From Bacteroidota bacterium (GTDB taxonomy: Bacteria > Bacteroidota > Bacteroidia > Bacteroidales > WCHB1-69), in the NCBI GenBank assembly GCA_022708105.1, contig JAKIZI010000003.1, positions 14,544-78,543 of the forward strand: a DNA stretch of 64,000 nt. The letters are read 5' to 3'. A model generated the notes under the pieces. That model was given only the letters and a program-made list of their open reading frames with translations, did no database searches and had not been told where the DNA came from. Below, piece after piece: positions 10,519-18,897 of the stretch. Positions within the stretch are counted from its first letter, which is position 1. The number at the start of each line of letters is the position of its first letter. Both the position numbers and the translations under genes were made by a program.

Positions 10519-10526
10519 CAAAAATA
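10519..10526 (-). promoter_or_regulatory. Bacteroidota -7 box TATTTTTG upstream of the tRNA cluster
   Basis: Plus-strand caaaaata is TATTTTTG on the minus strand, 56 nt upstream of the tRNA-Thr 5' end. The motif alone is short and common. Confidence 0.45.
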
Positions 10527-10603
10527 CTCTTTTTTTAAATAGAAATAATGGTCTATAGTATCTTTTTTTATAAAAAAAATGTAACTGTATGAATTTTAGA
10601 TTT

Positions 10604-11272
10604 TTATTTTTTGAAACATCGCGTGATTTCCCGTTTTCCGGGTGGCCCTTCTAAAGATTCTACCTCAAAACCGGCGGCTTTCATGTTCCTTTTAACACTC
10701 CCTTTGGCACAATAAGTGACCAGTATAGAATTTGAAGCCATTGCAGCATATAACTTGTCAAACACTTTCGCCGTCCATAGTTCCGGTTGTATCTCCGGAC
10801 CGAAGGCATCATAATATATAAGTTGATATCCACCCTCAAGTTCAGTATGTTCCATTGTATTGATGGTTTTAGTGAACTCGTATCCCTTGTCTATGCATAT
10901 TTTTTCTCCTGTCTGAACACTGTGCATCCTAAGAAATTCCGAATAATATTTATCTCCTATATATGTTTTATAATTGAGTAGTCCCACTTCCTCAAGAGTT
11001 AACGGATAAGCTTCTATCGTGTGGTAGTTAATAAGACGGTTTCCCTTGTTGCATAAAGTGAGCGCAGCATTTAATCCGGTGCCGAATCCCATTTCCAAAA
11101 TTTTAATCACGGCGAAATCCGGAAAGAAATGAAGCCCGGATTTGATATAAATGTGCATTGATTCTCTGTAGGCGCCATGCATTGAATGATAGTGTTCCGG
11201 TAGTTCATCCAAACGCAATGAGGCGGAACCGTCTTCGGTAATAAATGGAGTACGTTTTAAAAATTTACTCAT
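10604..11272 (-). CDS. mnmD: tRNA (mnm5s2U34) methyltransferase, MnmD / MnmC C-terminal-like SAM methyltransferase
   Basis: 222 aa. SAM-binding motif ILEMGFGTGLN and the YDAFGPEIQPELW block typical of this family. Confidence 0.65.
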   Translation of the reverse strand: MSKFLKRTPFITEDGSASLRLDELPEHYHSMHGAYRESMHIYIKSGLHFFPDFAVIKILEMGFGTGLNAALTLCNKGNRLINYHTIEAYPLTLEEVGLLNYKTYIGDKYYSEFLRMHSVQTGEKICIDKGYEFTKTINTMEHTELEGGYQLIYYDAFGPEIQPELWTAKVFDKLYAAMASNSILVTYCAKGSVKRNMKAAGFEVESLEGPPGKREITRCFKK

Positions 11273-12371
11273 GAAGGCGCTGCAATTTTTTGGTCTTGCG
11301 TTGTTTGGTCAGTTGAGATAATTCGTCAATATTGGCCGCAAAGGTAAAGTAGTTCGGGGTGGCTCCGGCGGCAAAATGTGCCCGCGAAAATCCGATCTGA
11401 ATGGAGGAGATGTTTACGGTAAATCCATAGGAAAAACCCGCTAAAGTTCTTTTCTGCGGGATTTTCATCTCTTGATGGCGATTATGATTGTAAGCTAATT
11501 GTAATGATAAATATTTAATCGGTATGATTTCAACTCCAAAAACGAAATGGCGAAAAAAATTGTCGAAAAACCGAGAGGCATCTGACGGATATTTGTATGC
11601 TCCGGTCATTCCGTCTTTTTCCAATAAGGGATCTTTTTCTCCGACGTATGCCATATTCCATTTGTATAATGAGTGTAATGAAATATGGTATCTGACGGGT
11701 AAATGTGCCAATCGTTGGGAAAATGCCAACTGTATGTCAAACGGGAGCGGCTCAAACCTTCCGGTTATATAAGGTTTTAATTGTGACCCTGCATTGCGAA
11801 CCAAAAGGGTAAGCGAAATTTGCTTGTCCGGATGATAATAGGTCCCTGCTACATCTACGGCCAATCCGAAAGAATTGTATGATTCGTATCCCGAATATAT
11901 CAATTTGAGTGCGGCTCCGATTGAAAAATTGCTGTCTAATTGGCGGCCCCAAGCGGTGGTCAGTGCATAATCACCGGCCGTAAATGAACCCAGCGTGTTC
12001 CCACTTTCATCTGTTTGCGTGAATGATCCATAACCCACTGTTTGCAGGGAAAACGCAAAAGAACCGGCTTTTTTGAAATGGTGCGCATACACAAATGATC
12101 CGTAACCGGCATTGGAAAAATAGTCAGTGAAGTTAGCCGCTAACGAAGTGTGAAAATCAGGAGAGAGCATGGAAGGATTGTACAAAGCAATGAACGGATC
12201 CGCATGGTGGACGGAAATCAAATTTCCTCCTAATGCGGCTTGCCTTGAGGAATTGCTGAATTTCAAAAAGTTATAGGTTTGATTTCCCCCAACCTGAGAT
12301 ACCGCTGGGGGGATAACCCCCAATACCAATCCGATGAAGAAAATTATGGTCCGTAAGCTCATGAAATTCAT
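11265..12371 (-). CDS. porQ: type IX secretion system beta-barrel protein PorQ-like
   Basis: 368 aa with a signal peptide. N-terminal GGNQTYNFLKFSNSSRQAALGG motif characteristic of PorQ-family proteins. Beta-barrel-like alternation. Confidence 0.65.
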   Translation of the reverse strand: MNFMSLRTIIFFIGLVLGVIPPAVSQVGGNQTYNFLKFSNSSRQAALGGNLISVHHADPFIALYNPSMLSPDFHTSLAANFTDYFSNAGYGSFVYAHHFKKAGSFAFSLQTVGYGSFTQTDESGNTLGSFTAGDYALTTAWGRQLDSNFSIGAALKLIYSGYESYNSFGLAVDVAGTYYHPDKQISLTLLVRNAGSQLKPYITGRFEPLPFDIQLAFSQRLAHLPVRYHISLHSLYKWNMAYVGEKDPLLEKDGMTGAYKYPSDASRFFDNFFRHFVFGVEIIPIKYLSLQLAYNHNRHQEMKIPQKRTLAGFSYGFTVNISSIQIGFSRAHFAAGATPNYFTFAANIDELSQLTKQRKTKKLQRLHE

Positions 12372-12507
12372 ATTTTTTGCAAAGTTACACCAATTTTTTT
12401 ATATACGATTTTCTTTATTCTATTCCTCTTTACAATAGAATATGTTACAAAACGATTTTATAAGCTCTTTTATTTTAAAGGAAAACCCACTTATGAAAAA
12501 ATAGTAT

Positions 12508-12515
12508 TATCTTTG
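12508..12515 (+). promoter_or_regulatory. -7 box TATCTTTG
   Basis: 29 nt upstream of ATG 12544. Confidence 0.5.
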
Positions 12516-12543
12516 CATTCATATCGTTCAATTACTCTTTTGT

Positions 12544-13158
12544 ATGGCATATATAGAGTTGGAAGTTTCGGATGTACAAAGTTCTCAAGCCCAGGGGGAA
12601 GCATTTGCCCTGATTTTGAAAGAGAAGAGTGGAGACAGATTTGTTCCTGTGATTATTGGCATCAGCGAAGCCAGAGCCGTCGTTTTTGAACTCAATAGAA
12701 TTAAACCCCATCGTCCCGGCCCTCACGACTTGTTTGCACAATTGGCAGACTATTGCCGGATGTTTCTTCAGAAAATTATTATTTGGAAGTTTGAAGCCGG
12801 AGTCTATTATGCCCATATAATCATGCAAAATCAAGAAGGAAATTCATTTGAAATTGATGCTCGTACTTCTGATGCCGTTACGCTTGCTCTTAAATTTTCA
12901 GCCCCGATTTTTATAGAAGAATCTATTTTTGAAACAGTGGGATTGGCCCCTTCAGCTTCTAAAAACGACCTTCCTTTCGATAAGGAAGAAGAGGTCGGAG
13001 AAGTCGAAGAGTATGATAAGTTTATTAAACAAAAATTAGAAGAAATGACCGTTCCTGAACTCGAAGATTTGCTTACAGGAGCCATCGAAAGTGAAGACTA
13101 TGAATTGGCATCCAAAATCCACGAGGAACTTAACCGCAGAGAACACTTTTCTTCATGA
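12544..13158 (+). CDS. bifunctional nuclease (DUF151) family protein with C-terminal UVR motif
   Basis: 204 aa. N-terminal BFN-like domain (FALILKEKSGDRFVPVIIG..EA). C-terminal LEDLLTGAIESEDYELASKIHEEL resembles a UvrB/UvrC motif. Confidence 0.7.
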   Translation: MAYIELEVSDVQSSQAQGEAFALILKEKSGDRFVPVIIGISEARAVVFELNRIKPHRPGPHDLFAQLADYCRMFLQKIIIWKFEAGVYYAHIIMQNQEGNSFEIDARTSDAVTLALKFSAPIFIEESIFETVGLAPSASKNDLPFDKEEEVGEVEEYDKFIKQKLEEMTVPELEDLLTGAIESEDYELASKIHEELNRREHFSS

Positions 13159-13168
13159 AAGGGGTCCC

Positions 13169-14566
13169 TTATTTTAAATTCCGGATATAATATTCAATTT
13201 CATTAATTAACAAATCTTTCTTTATTACGCGTTTGTCTTTGTCCACAAGAAAAAGATAAGGAATGGTCCTGAGGTCGAAAAGATTGTCTTGCTCTAAATT
13301 GTGCGTGTAATTCCAACCGTTGATATAACTCGGATTGGCGGCCTCTTTCAAATATTTTCTCCATAACGGTTCATTATCTTCAAAATAGATAGTCAACACT
13401 TTAACTTTCCCGTTATTCACGGCTTGGATTAAGGTGGGCATCTTCGCCATAGCTTCTCTTACGGAAATACAGGTCGGACAATCTGGATTTTGAAAATAGA
13501 TGATCATGTAATTACACTGAATTTTGTGAAGTGAGGTAATGCTGTCGTTTTCCAACATAATATCAAAATCAGGAAGTTGTGAACCTCTCCGGTTGATATT
13601 GATTAAGGATAATTCTCTTGTGTAACGTACTTTTCTCGCTTCTTCCAGCTCCGGAAGTGTGAGCGCATCTTGCAACATGATAATGTATAAATCTTCCGAG
13701 CGATAGGGAGAATAGATAGAGCCCAATACTTTTTCCAATTGATCGAAGAAAAGATAATAGGTTTTTGTAGAGATTCTCATTTTTTTAAGTAGCATTTTAA
13801 GATAGGGAGCACCGTCTTCGTTTTCAAACTCGTAGAGTAAACCTGCATATTCCCTAATTTTGTCCGAAGTCATCTGTGTATATAAAAGTCGTTCGTCTTC
13901 AAAAGGGTAGGAGTCAAAAGTATGTTCTGCAAAATAGCTGTATAGAAGCATCCGATTTTGATAGAAATTTTGTGGCGGAGGCGGAATTTCTAATCCTGCC
14001 TTGACGATAGAGGCCAATAGATTGCCTTCGTGGGTTTTGATAAGATCTTCCTGATAGGTTTTATGTGCCAGTTCGGTTGCCTGAGCTTTTCCCATGATGT
14101 TGTCCGCCATGTTTTGTTTCATATAGTCAGGCATAGTACTCTTTTGAAGATCCTGAAACTCTTTTTCATATTCTCCCATGATTTTCCGGTATTGATACAT
14201 CTCTTTGATGTATGCAACGTATGCAGTATTCTCGGGACTATTTTCAAAAACAATATCTTCGCCACTGACCGAAATGGACAAACGGTCTATCTTTTCAGAA
14301 CCGGAAATGATAATTTCAGCCAAGGTTACGGAATCTCCCGTGATTTGATACATGCCCGGTGTGAGCAACTCTTTGCCTTTGAATACCACAGCTGGACTAT
14401 TGGCAATCCGCTGTTGGGTTACAAAAGCGGTCCCATTGTATTTCTGAAAACAGAGAGAGTCATGCGCTGTCTTGTCGTGAGAAAAGTTGATTTTGTACCC
14501 TTGTCCCTGAACGAAAAGAGAAGTCAAGGTGAAAATCGTACATAGTAATAAAATATTATTCTTCAT
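13169..14566 (-). CDS. thioredoxin-fold (TlpA/AhpC-like) periplasmic protein with N-terminal extension
   Basis: Signal peptide from ATG 14566. CxxC motif NPDCPTC in the C-terminal thioredoxin-like domain. Confidence 0.6.
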   Translation of the reverse strand: MKNNILLLCTIFTLTSLFVQGQGYKINFSHDKTAHDSLCFQKYNGTAFVTQQRIANSPAVVFKGKELLTPGMYQITGDSVTLAEIIISGSEKIDRLSISVSGEDIVFENSPENTAYVAYIKEMYQYRKIMGEYEKEFQDLQKSTMPDYMKQNMADNIMGKAQATELAHKTYQEDLIKTHEGNLLASIVKAGLEIPPPPQNFYQNRMLLYSYFAEHTFDSYPFEDERLLYTQMTSDKIREYAGLLYEFENEDGAPYLKMLLKKMRISTKTYYLFFDQLEKVLGSIYSPYRSEDLYIIMLQDALTLPELEEARKVRYTRELSLININRRGSQLPDFDIMLENDSITSLHKIQCNYMIIYFQNPDCPTCISVREAMAKMPTLIQAVNNGKVKVLTIYFEDNEPLWRKYLKEAANPSYINGWNYTHNLEQDNLFDLRTIPYLFLVDKDKRVIKKDLLINEIEYYIRNLK

Positions 14567-16073
14567 GGCGTATGTAGTTAAAAGCGTTTCCAAAATTATC
14601 TATAATGTCCGAGGCAATAAGACTTTCCCATGATTGTTGTTCCAAAGCAAAATCTCCGGCCAATCCGTGAATATAGGTTCCTAAAACGGCTGCGGCCGAA
14701 CAAGAGTAGCCCTTCGCGGCCAGTGCCAAAAGAAGTCCGGTGAGCACATCTCCGCTGCCCGCCGTGGCCATCCCCGGATTGCCGGTGGTGTTGACCAGTA
14801 ATTTGCCGTCGGGAAGGGCAATCACACTGTAAGCCCCTTTCAAAATCATAATTACTCCGTATCGAACCGCGAATTGCTGTAACTTTTCCCAACGATGGAA
14901 GTCATGATCGGCTTTCCCGTTCAACTTTTCAAATTCTTTGAAGTGGGGCGTCAAAATGCTATTCTGCGGCAAATAGGCCAAGTAGGTCTTGTGTTCCGCT
15001 AAAATGTTGAGCGCATCCGCATCTAAAATAATAGGGGAGTGAATATCATCCAGCAGGTTTTTGAGACCGCTCACTGTTTTGGGGTGTCGGCCGATGCCCG
15101 GGCCAACCGCAATGCTGTGGTACGGACTGTCCGAAAGTTCTATTCCGGAAAAACATTGCTCCTCTCGGTCGGGACTCCAAATCGCTTCAGGAACGGCTCC
15201 GGCCAGAAGCAAAGTGTTTCGTTTAGCCGTATGGACAGTAACTTTCCCGATTCCGCCCCGCAGGGCACTTCGTGCGGCAAGGATAGCGGCTCCCGGCATT
15301 GTCTCCGAGCCCGCAATCAGCAAACCGTGTCCATTACTTCCCTTATGGTCAAAAAGATGGGGTGTGCGTAAAAATAAGGAGGCCGTCTCACGGTCAATCA
15401 GCTTGGCGATTGGTTTTGTCCCGTCGGGGAGTATCAACCCGATATCTACAATGGTGCATTTTCTTACAGAATGAGCATTTTCCGGCATCACGTAAGCTTG
15501 CTTGAGCCATTGAAAAGTTAAAGTTAAAGTGGCACGAACAACCGGATGGTGCTCCGGAGTATGGTTATCGGGAAAAAGACCGGAAGGCACATCAACTGCT
15601 ACTATGGTTGCGTTGAGGTGGTTTATAAAGTCTATTGCTTCTGCATAATAGCCCTTCGCGGGTTTCGAAATGCCGATTCCGAAAATGGCATCTATTATTA
15701 AAGGGTGTTGCGAAAGTTCAACAGAGCCCGAAAAAGACAACAAAGCGGCACGGCTGTTTCGGGAAGTCAATTCCTTGAAACGTTCCCGATTATGCGCACA
15801 ATCGGGACTGTGTTGCTCTTGCTCGCTAACGGAAATGGCTGTTACAGGCAACTGCTCCTCGGCTAAAAGCCGGGCAATGGCAAACCCATCCCCTCCGTTA
15901 TTGCCGGGACCGCAAAAAATAAAAATGCCATCATAATCATCCAATAGGAGTATTGATTTCAAGGTATCGGTAAATCGGGTAGCCGCGCGTTCCATGAGCG
16001 CAAGTGACGAAATTGCCTCCTGCTCCATCGTCCATTGTTCACTTGCCCGAATCTGTGCAACACTCAAAATCAT
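14556..16073 (-). CDS. nnr: bifunctional NAD(P)H-hydrate repair enzyme (epimerase/ADP-dependent dehydratase)
   Basis: 505 aa. YjeF_N motif CGPGNNGGDG. C-terminal kinase-like domain with GSGDVLTG. Confidence 0.85.
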   Translation of the reverse strand: MILSVAQIRASEQWTMEQEAISSLALMERAATRFTDTLKSILLLDDYDGIFIFCGPGNNGGDGFAIARLLAEEQLPVTAISVSEQEQHSPDCAHNRERFKELTSRNSRAALLSFSGSVELSQHPLIIDAIFGIGISKPAKGYYAEAIDFINHLNATIVAVDVPSGLFPDNHTPEHHPVVRATLTLTFQWLKQAYVMPENAHSVRKCTIVDIGLILPDGTKPIAKLIDRETASLFLRTPHLFDHKGSNGHGLLIAGSETMPGAAILAARSALRGGIGKVTVHTAKRNTLLLAGAVPEAIWSPDREEQCFSGIELSDSPYHSIAVGPGIGRHPKTVSGLKNLLDDIHSPIILDADALNILAEHKTYLAYLPQNSILTPHFKEFEKLNGKADHDFHRWEKLQQFAVRYGVIMILKGAYSVIALPDGKLLVNTTGNPGMATAGSGDVLTGLLLALAAKGYSCSAAAVLGTYIHGLAGDFALEQQSWESLIASDIIDNFGNAFNYIRHEE

Positions 16074-16175
16074 AATTACTTTAAATTTAGTACGTGCAAA
16101 AATACAAATAATTAAAAAGCTTTTTATCTTCTGATATAAAATTGGTGCAAAAGTTGGTTGCTTTCTTTTTTTTAT

Positions 16176-16183
16176 TAAATTTG
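16176..16183 (+). promoter_or_regulatory. -7 box TAAATTTG
   Basis: 53 nt upstream of ATG 16236. Confidence 0.4.
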
Positions 16184-16235
16184 CCGCTTAAAAAATCGAA
16201 CAAAACAATTATTTAATCATTAAAAACTAATTATT

Positions 16236-17765
16236 ATGTTTAAAAATCACCCAAAAGGATTGCTGGCAGCTGCACTTGCCAACATGGGCGAACGATTCGG
16301 TTTCTACACGATGATGGCGATTTTGTCTTTATTTCTCATGGCAAAATTTGGACTCACCGGTGGTGAAGCAGGATTGATCTACTCCATTTTTTACTTTTCT
16401 ATTTATGTGCTCGCTTTTGTCGGCGGCTTAATTGCCGATAAAACCAAGAATTTTAAAGGAACTATTTTGGTGGGACTTATTCTTATGGCAATAGGGTATT
16501 TTCTTATAGCCATCCCCACAGGAACTCCTGTGCCGGCAGATAAGTTTATATTCTTCCTCACCATGACCTGTCTGGGACTCTTCGTCATTGCCTTTGGTAA
16601 CGGCTTGTTTAAAGGGAACTTGCAAGCATTGGTAGGCCAAATGTACGACAATCCCAAATACTCTCAAATGAGAGATTCCGGTTTCCAATGGTTCTACATG
16701 TTTATCAATGTGGGTGCTATTTTTGCTCCGTTGGCTGCAGTAGGTGTTCGTAACTGGTGGGTAACTTCTCACGGTTTTCAATACAACCCCGACCTCCCGG
16801 CACTCTGTCACCAACATTTGGGTGGTACATTACAGGGCGAAGCCCTCGTTCGTTATCAAGAATTGGCAGTTAATGCCGGTGCTAAAGGCACAGACCTTAC
16901 CGTTTTTGCACACGATTATCTTAATGTATTTGCTACCGGTTTTCACTATGCCTTTGCCGTAGCTATTTTTGCGATGGCTATTTCTTTGGTAATCTACTTG
17001 GCCAATAAGAAAAAATTCCCCAATCCTGCCGATAAAAATAAAGCGGTTGGTGTTGCTGAAGGCGAAATGAGCGTTGCTGAAGTTAGACAACGTCTCTATG
17101 CTCTCTTTGCAGTTTTTGCAGTAGTGATTTTCTTCTGGTTTTCTTTCCATCAAAACGGATTAACCTTAACCTTCTTCGCCCGAGATTATACCGATTTAAG
17201 CCAAATTAGACTCAACCTTGGCTTTACAACCCTTGAAGGAGCAGAACTCTTCCAATCAATGAACCCATTCTTTGTGGTATTTCTGACACCCGTTATTATG
17301 GCTTTCTTTGGTTGGCTCCGTGCAAAAGGCAAAGAACCTTCCACCCCCAAGAAAATTGCTATCGGGATGTTGATTGCCGCTATTGCATACGTGGTAATGG
17401 CTATCGGCTCTATGGGACTTCCTGCTTTTACCTCTGTACAGGCACAAGGCGGTTTAAACGATCTCCAACGTATTACTCCGTTCTTGTTGATAGGAACCTA
17501 TTTTATCCTTACCGTGGCTGAATTATTTATCTCTCCCCTCGGCATCTCTTTTGTTTCTAAAGTAGCTCCTCCAAAATATCAGGGTATGATGCAAGGATTG
17601 TGGTTATGTGCTACTGCAGTTGGAAATCAGCTCCTTTTCATCGGTGCAATTCTTTATGAACACATCCCGATTTGGGCTACATGGACAGTCTTTGTTGTAG
17701 CTTGTCTTATCTCCATGAGCGTAATGCTCTTCATGTTAAGATGGCTCGAAAAAGTAGCTAAATAG
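16236..17765 (+). CDS. POT/PTR2 family di-/tripeptide:proton symporter
   Basis: 509 aa, polytopic. N-terminal signature GERFGFYTMMAIL and the FxxFYxxINxG-like block WFYMFINVGAIFAP. Confidence 0.8.
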   Translation: MFKNHPKGLLAAALANMGERFGFYTMMAILSLFLMAKFGLTGGEAGLIYSIFYFSIYVLAFVGGLIADKTKNFKGTILVGLILMAIGYFLIAIPTGTPVPADKFIFFLTMTCLGLFVIAFGNGLFKGNLQALVGQMYDNPKYSQMRDSGFQWFYMFINVGAIFAPLAAVGVRNWWVTSHGFQYNPDLPALCHQHLGGTLQGEALVRYQELAVNAGAKGTDLTVFAHDYLNVFATGFHYAFAVAIFAMAISLVIYLANKKKFPNPADKNKAVGVAEGEMSVAEVRQRLYALFAVFAVVIFFWFSFHQNGLTLTFFARDYTDLSQIRLNLGFTTLEGAELFQSMNPFFVVFLTPVIMAFFGWLRAKGKEPSTPKKIAIGMLIAAIAYVVMAIGSMGLPAFTSVQAQGGLNDLQRITPFLLIGTYFILTVAELFISPLGISFVSKVAPPKYQGMMQGLWLCATAVGNQLLFIGAILYEHIPIWATWTVFVVACLISMSVMLFMLRWLEKVAK

Positions 17766-17789
17766 TTCTAATATTTGAATTTATATATG

Positions 17790-17828
17790 AAACAGGATGT
17801 TTTTCGGAATATCCTGTTTTTTTTTCTT
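17790..17828 (+). terminator. rho-independent terminator of the POT gene
   Basis: Stem aaacaggat/atcctgttt (17790-17798 and 17811-17819), followed by a T-run. Confidence 0.65.
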
Positions 17829-18060
17829 TTGGGCGTGTCGGCTTCGCCGCCAGCGTCCGGTTCCAAGTCCGCAGCCGGTAGTCGTGTGTCCGCAAAGCTG
17901 CAAAAGGAGCTTCCTACGGTCGCTCTTTTGCAGCAGCGTCCACATCGCCTCCCGTCTTTGCGGGCTTTCCACCTACCGCTTCACGCGGGGGACGGCAAAA
18001 CCTTTGCGTCTTAGCGCCTTTGCGGTGATTTTTTCTACCGGGCTTTTCTCCCTGTCGGGA
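17829..18060. other. GC-rich non-coding block at the left edge of the island
   Basis: Compositionally distinct from its AT-rich surroundings. Only overlapping Arg/Pro/Cys-rich ORFs on both strands. Internal 10-bp inverted repeat gctgcaaaag/cttttgcagc (17897-17906 and 17925-17934). Confidence 0.5.
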
Positions 18061-18079
18061 CAATAACCTGCATTTTGGT

Positions 18080-18255
18080 TGCTTATGTGTCGCAGTGGGT
18101 TGCTTATTTGCCGAGGGTGCCTGCTTATTTGCCGAGGGTGCCTGCTTATTTGCCGAGAGTGTCTGCTTATCTGCCGAGAGTGCCTGCTTATTTGCCGAGA
18201 GTGTCTGCTTATCTGCCGAGAGCGGCTGCTTATTTGCCGAGGGTGTCTGCTTCGA
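18080..18255. repeat. tandem array A: 8 copies plus a partial copy of the 21-bp unit TGCTTATTTGCCGAGGGTGCC
   Basis: Counted directly. Copies start at 18080 (degenerate), 18101, 18122, 18143, 18164, 18185, 18206 and 18227. Variation is limited to a few unit positions. Confidence 0.95.
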
Positions 18256-18256
18256 C

Positions 18257-18477
18257 TTACATTTCTATTCCTACCGGTTACATTTCCATTCCTACCCGTT
18301 ACATTTGCGTTCCTACCGGTTACATTTCTATTCCTACCAGTTACATTTCTATTCCTACCCGTTACATTTGCATTCCTACCCGTTACATTTGCGTTCCTAC
18401 CGGTTACATTTGCGTTCCTACCGGTTACATTTCTATTCCTACCCGTTACATTTGCATTCCTACCGATTGTATTTCAG
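18257..18477. repeat. tandem array B: 10 copies plus a partial copy of the 21-bp unit TTACATTTCTATTCCTACCGG
   Basis: Counted directly. Copies start every 21 bp from 18257 to 18446. The array abuts array A with a 1-bp gap. Confidence 0.95.
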
Positions 18478-18562
18478 AATTGATTAAGTTGTTGAACATG
18501 CGACCCCGAAAGGACCGAACATTTCTTCCCGTCTTTGCGGACTTATAGCCGGACGCCGAGAC

Positions 18563-18897
18563 ACCCCCCAAAAATATTCAAAAAAATATTTTTTACTTAA
18601 CAAAAACCTCGTATATTTGTCCCCAATAACCCTCCGTGTTTCCCCAATGAAAAAACAACCAACCGTTGAAGCAAGAAGCAATCAAGCACTTCGGAACACC
18701 CCCGAAAACAGCCGCTACACCTTCAGCGGCAAGGAACGGGATAACGAAACGGGGTACTCCTACTTCGGCGCACGGTACTACAACTCGGATATAAGCATCT
18801 GGCTGAGTGTTGACCCCTTGAGTGACAAGTACCCGAACTTGACTCCGTATGCTTATTGTGCCAATAATCCTATTATTTTGGTGGACCCGGATGGGAG
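18563..18897 (+). repeat. cassette leader copy 1 (non-coding segment, promoter box, ATG, shortened Rhs-core fragment)
   Basis: Shares ...ACAAAAACCTCNTATATTTGTCCCCAATAACCC... and the Rhs-core coding sequence with copies at 20175, 22680 and 24395. Confidence 0.85.
18612..18619 (+). promoter_or_regulatory. -7 box TATATTTG in leader copy 1
   Basis: 28 nt upstream of ATG 18647. The same box is conserved at the same relative position in all four leaders. Confidence 0.5.

Noticed and set aside
17775-18066. ORFs of 63-89 aa in the GC-rich block.
   Set aside because: They overlap each other on both strands and have Arg/Pro/Cys/Ser-rich low-complexity translations. This is typical of spurious frames in GC-rich non-coding DNA.
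18080-18477. Possible CRISPR array (also considered for 22481-22568).
   Set aside because: The repeats are directly tandem with no unique spacers. The units are 21-22 bp with no palindromic repeat structure typical of CRISPR. No cas genes are present in the window.
18075-18548. Three overlapping forward ORFs (157, 134 and 130 aa) spanning the 21-bp arrays, which could be read as repeat proteins.
   Set aside because: A stop-free 21-bp unit automatically keeps all three frames open. The longest frame starts with TTG. There is no signal peptide and I noted no promoter box immediately upstream. Variant positions do not clearly favour one frame. Coding is not excluded, but the sequence alone does not support it.
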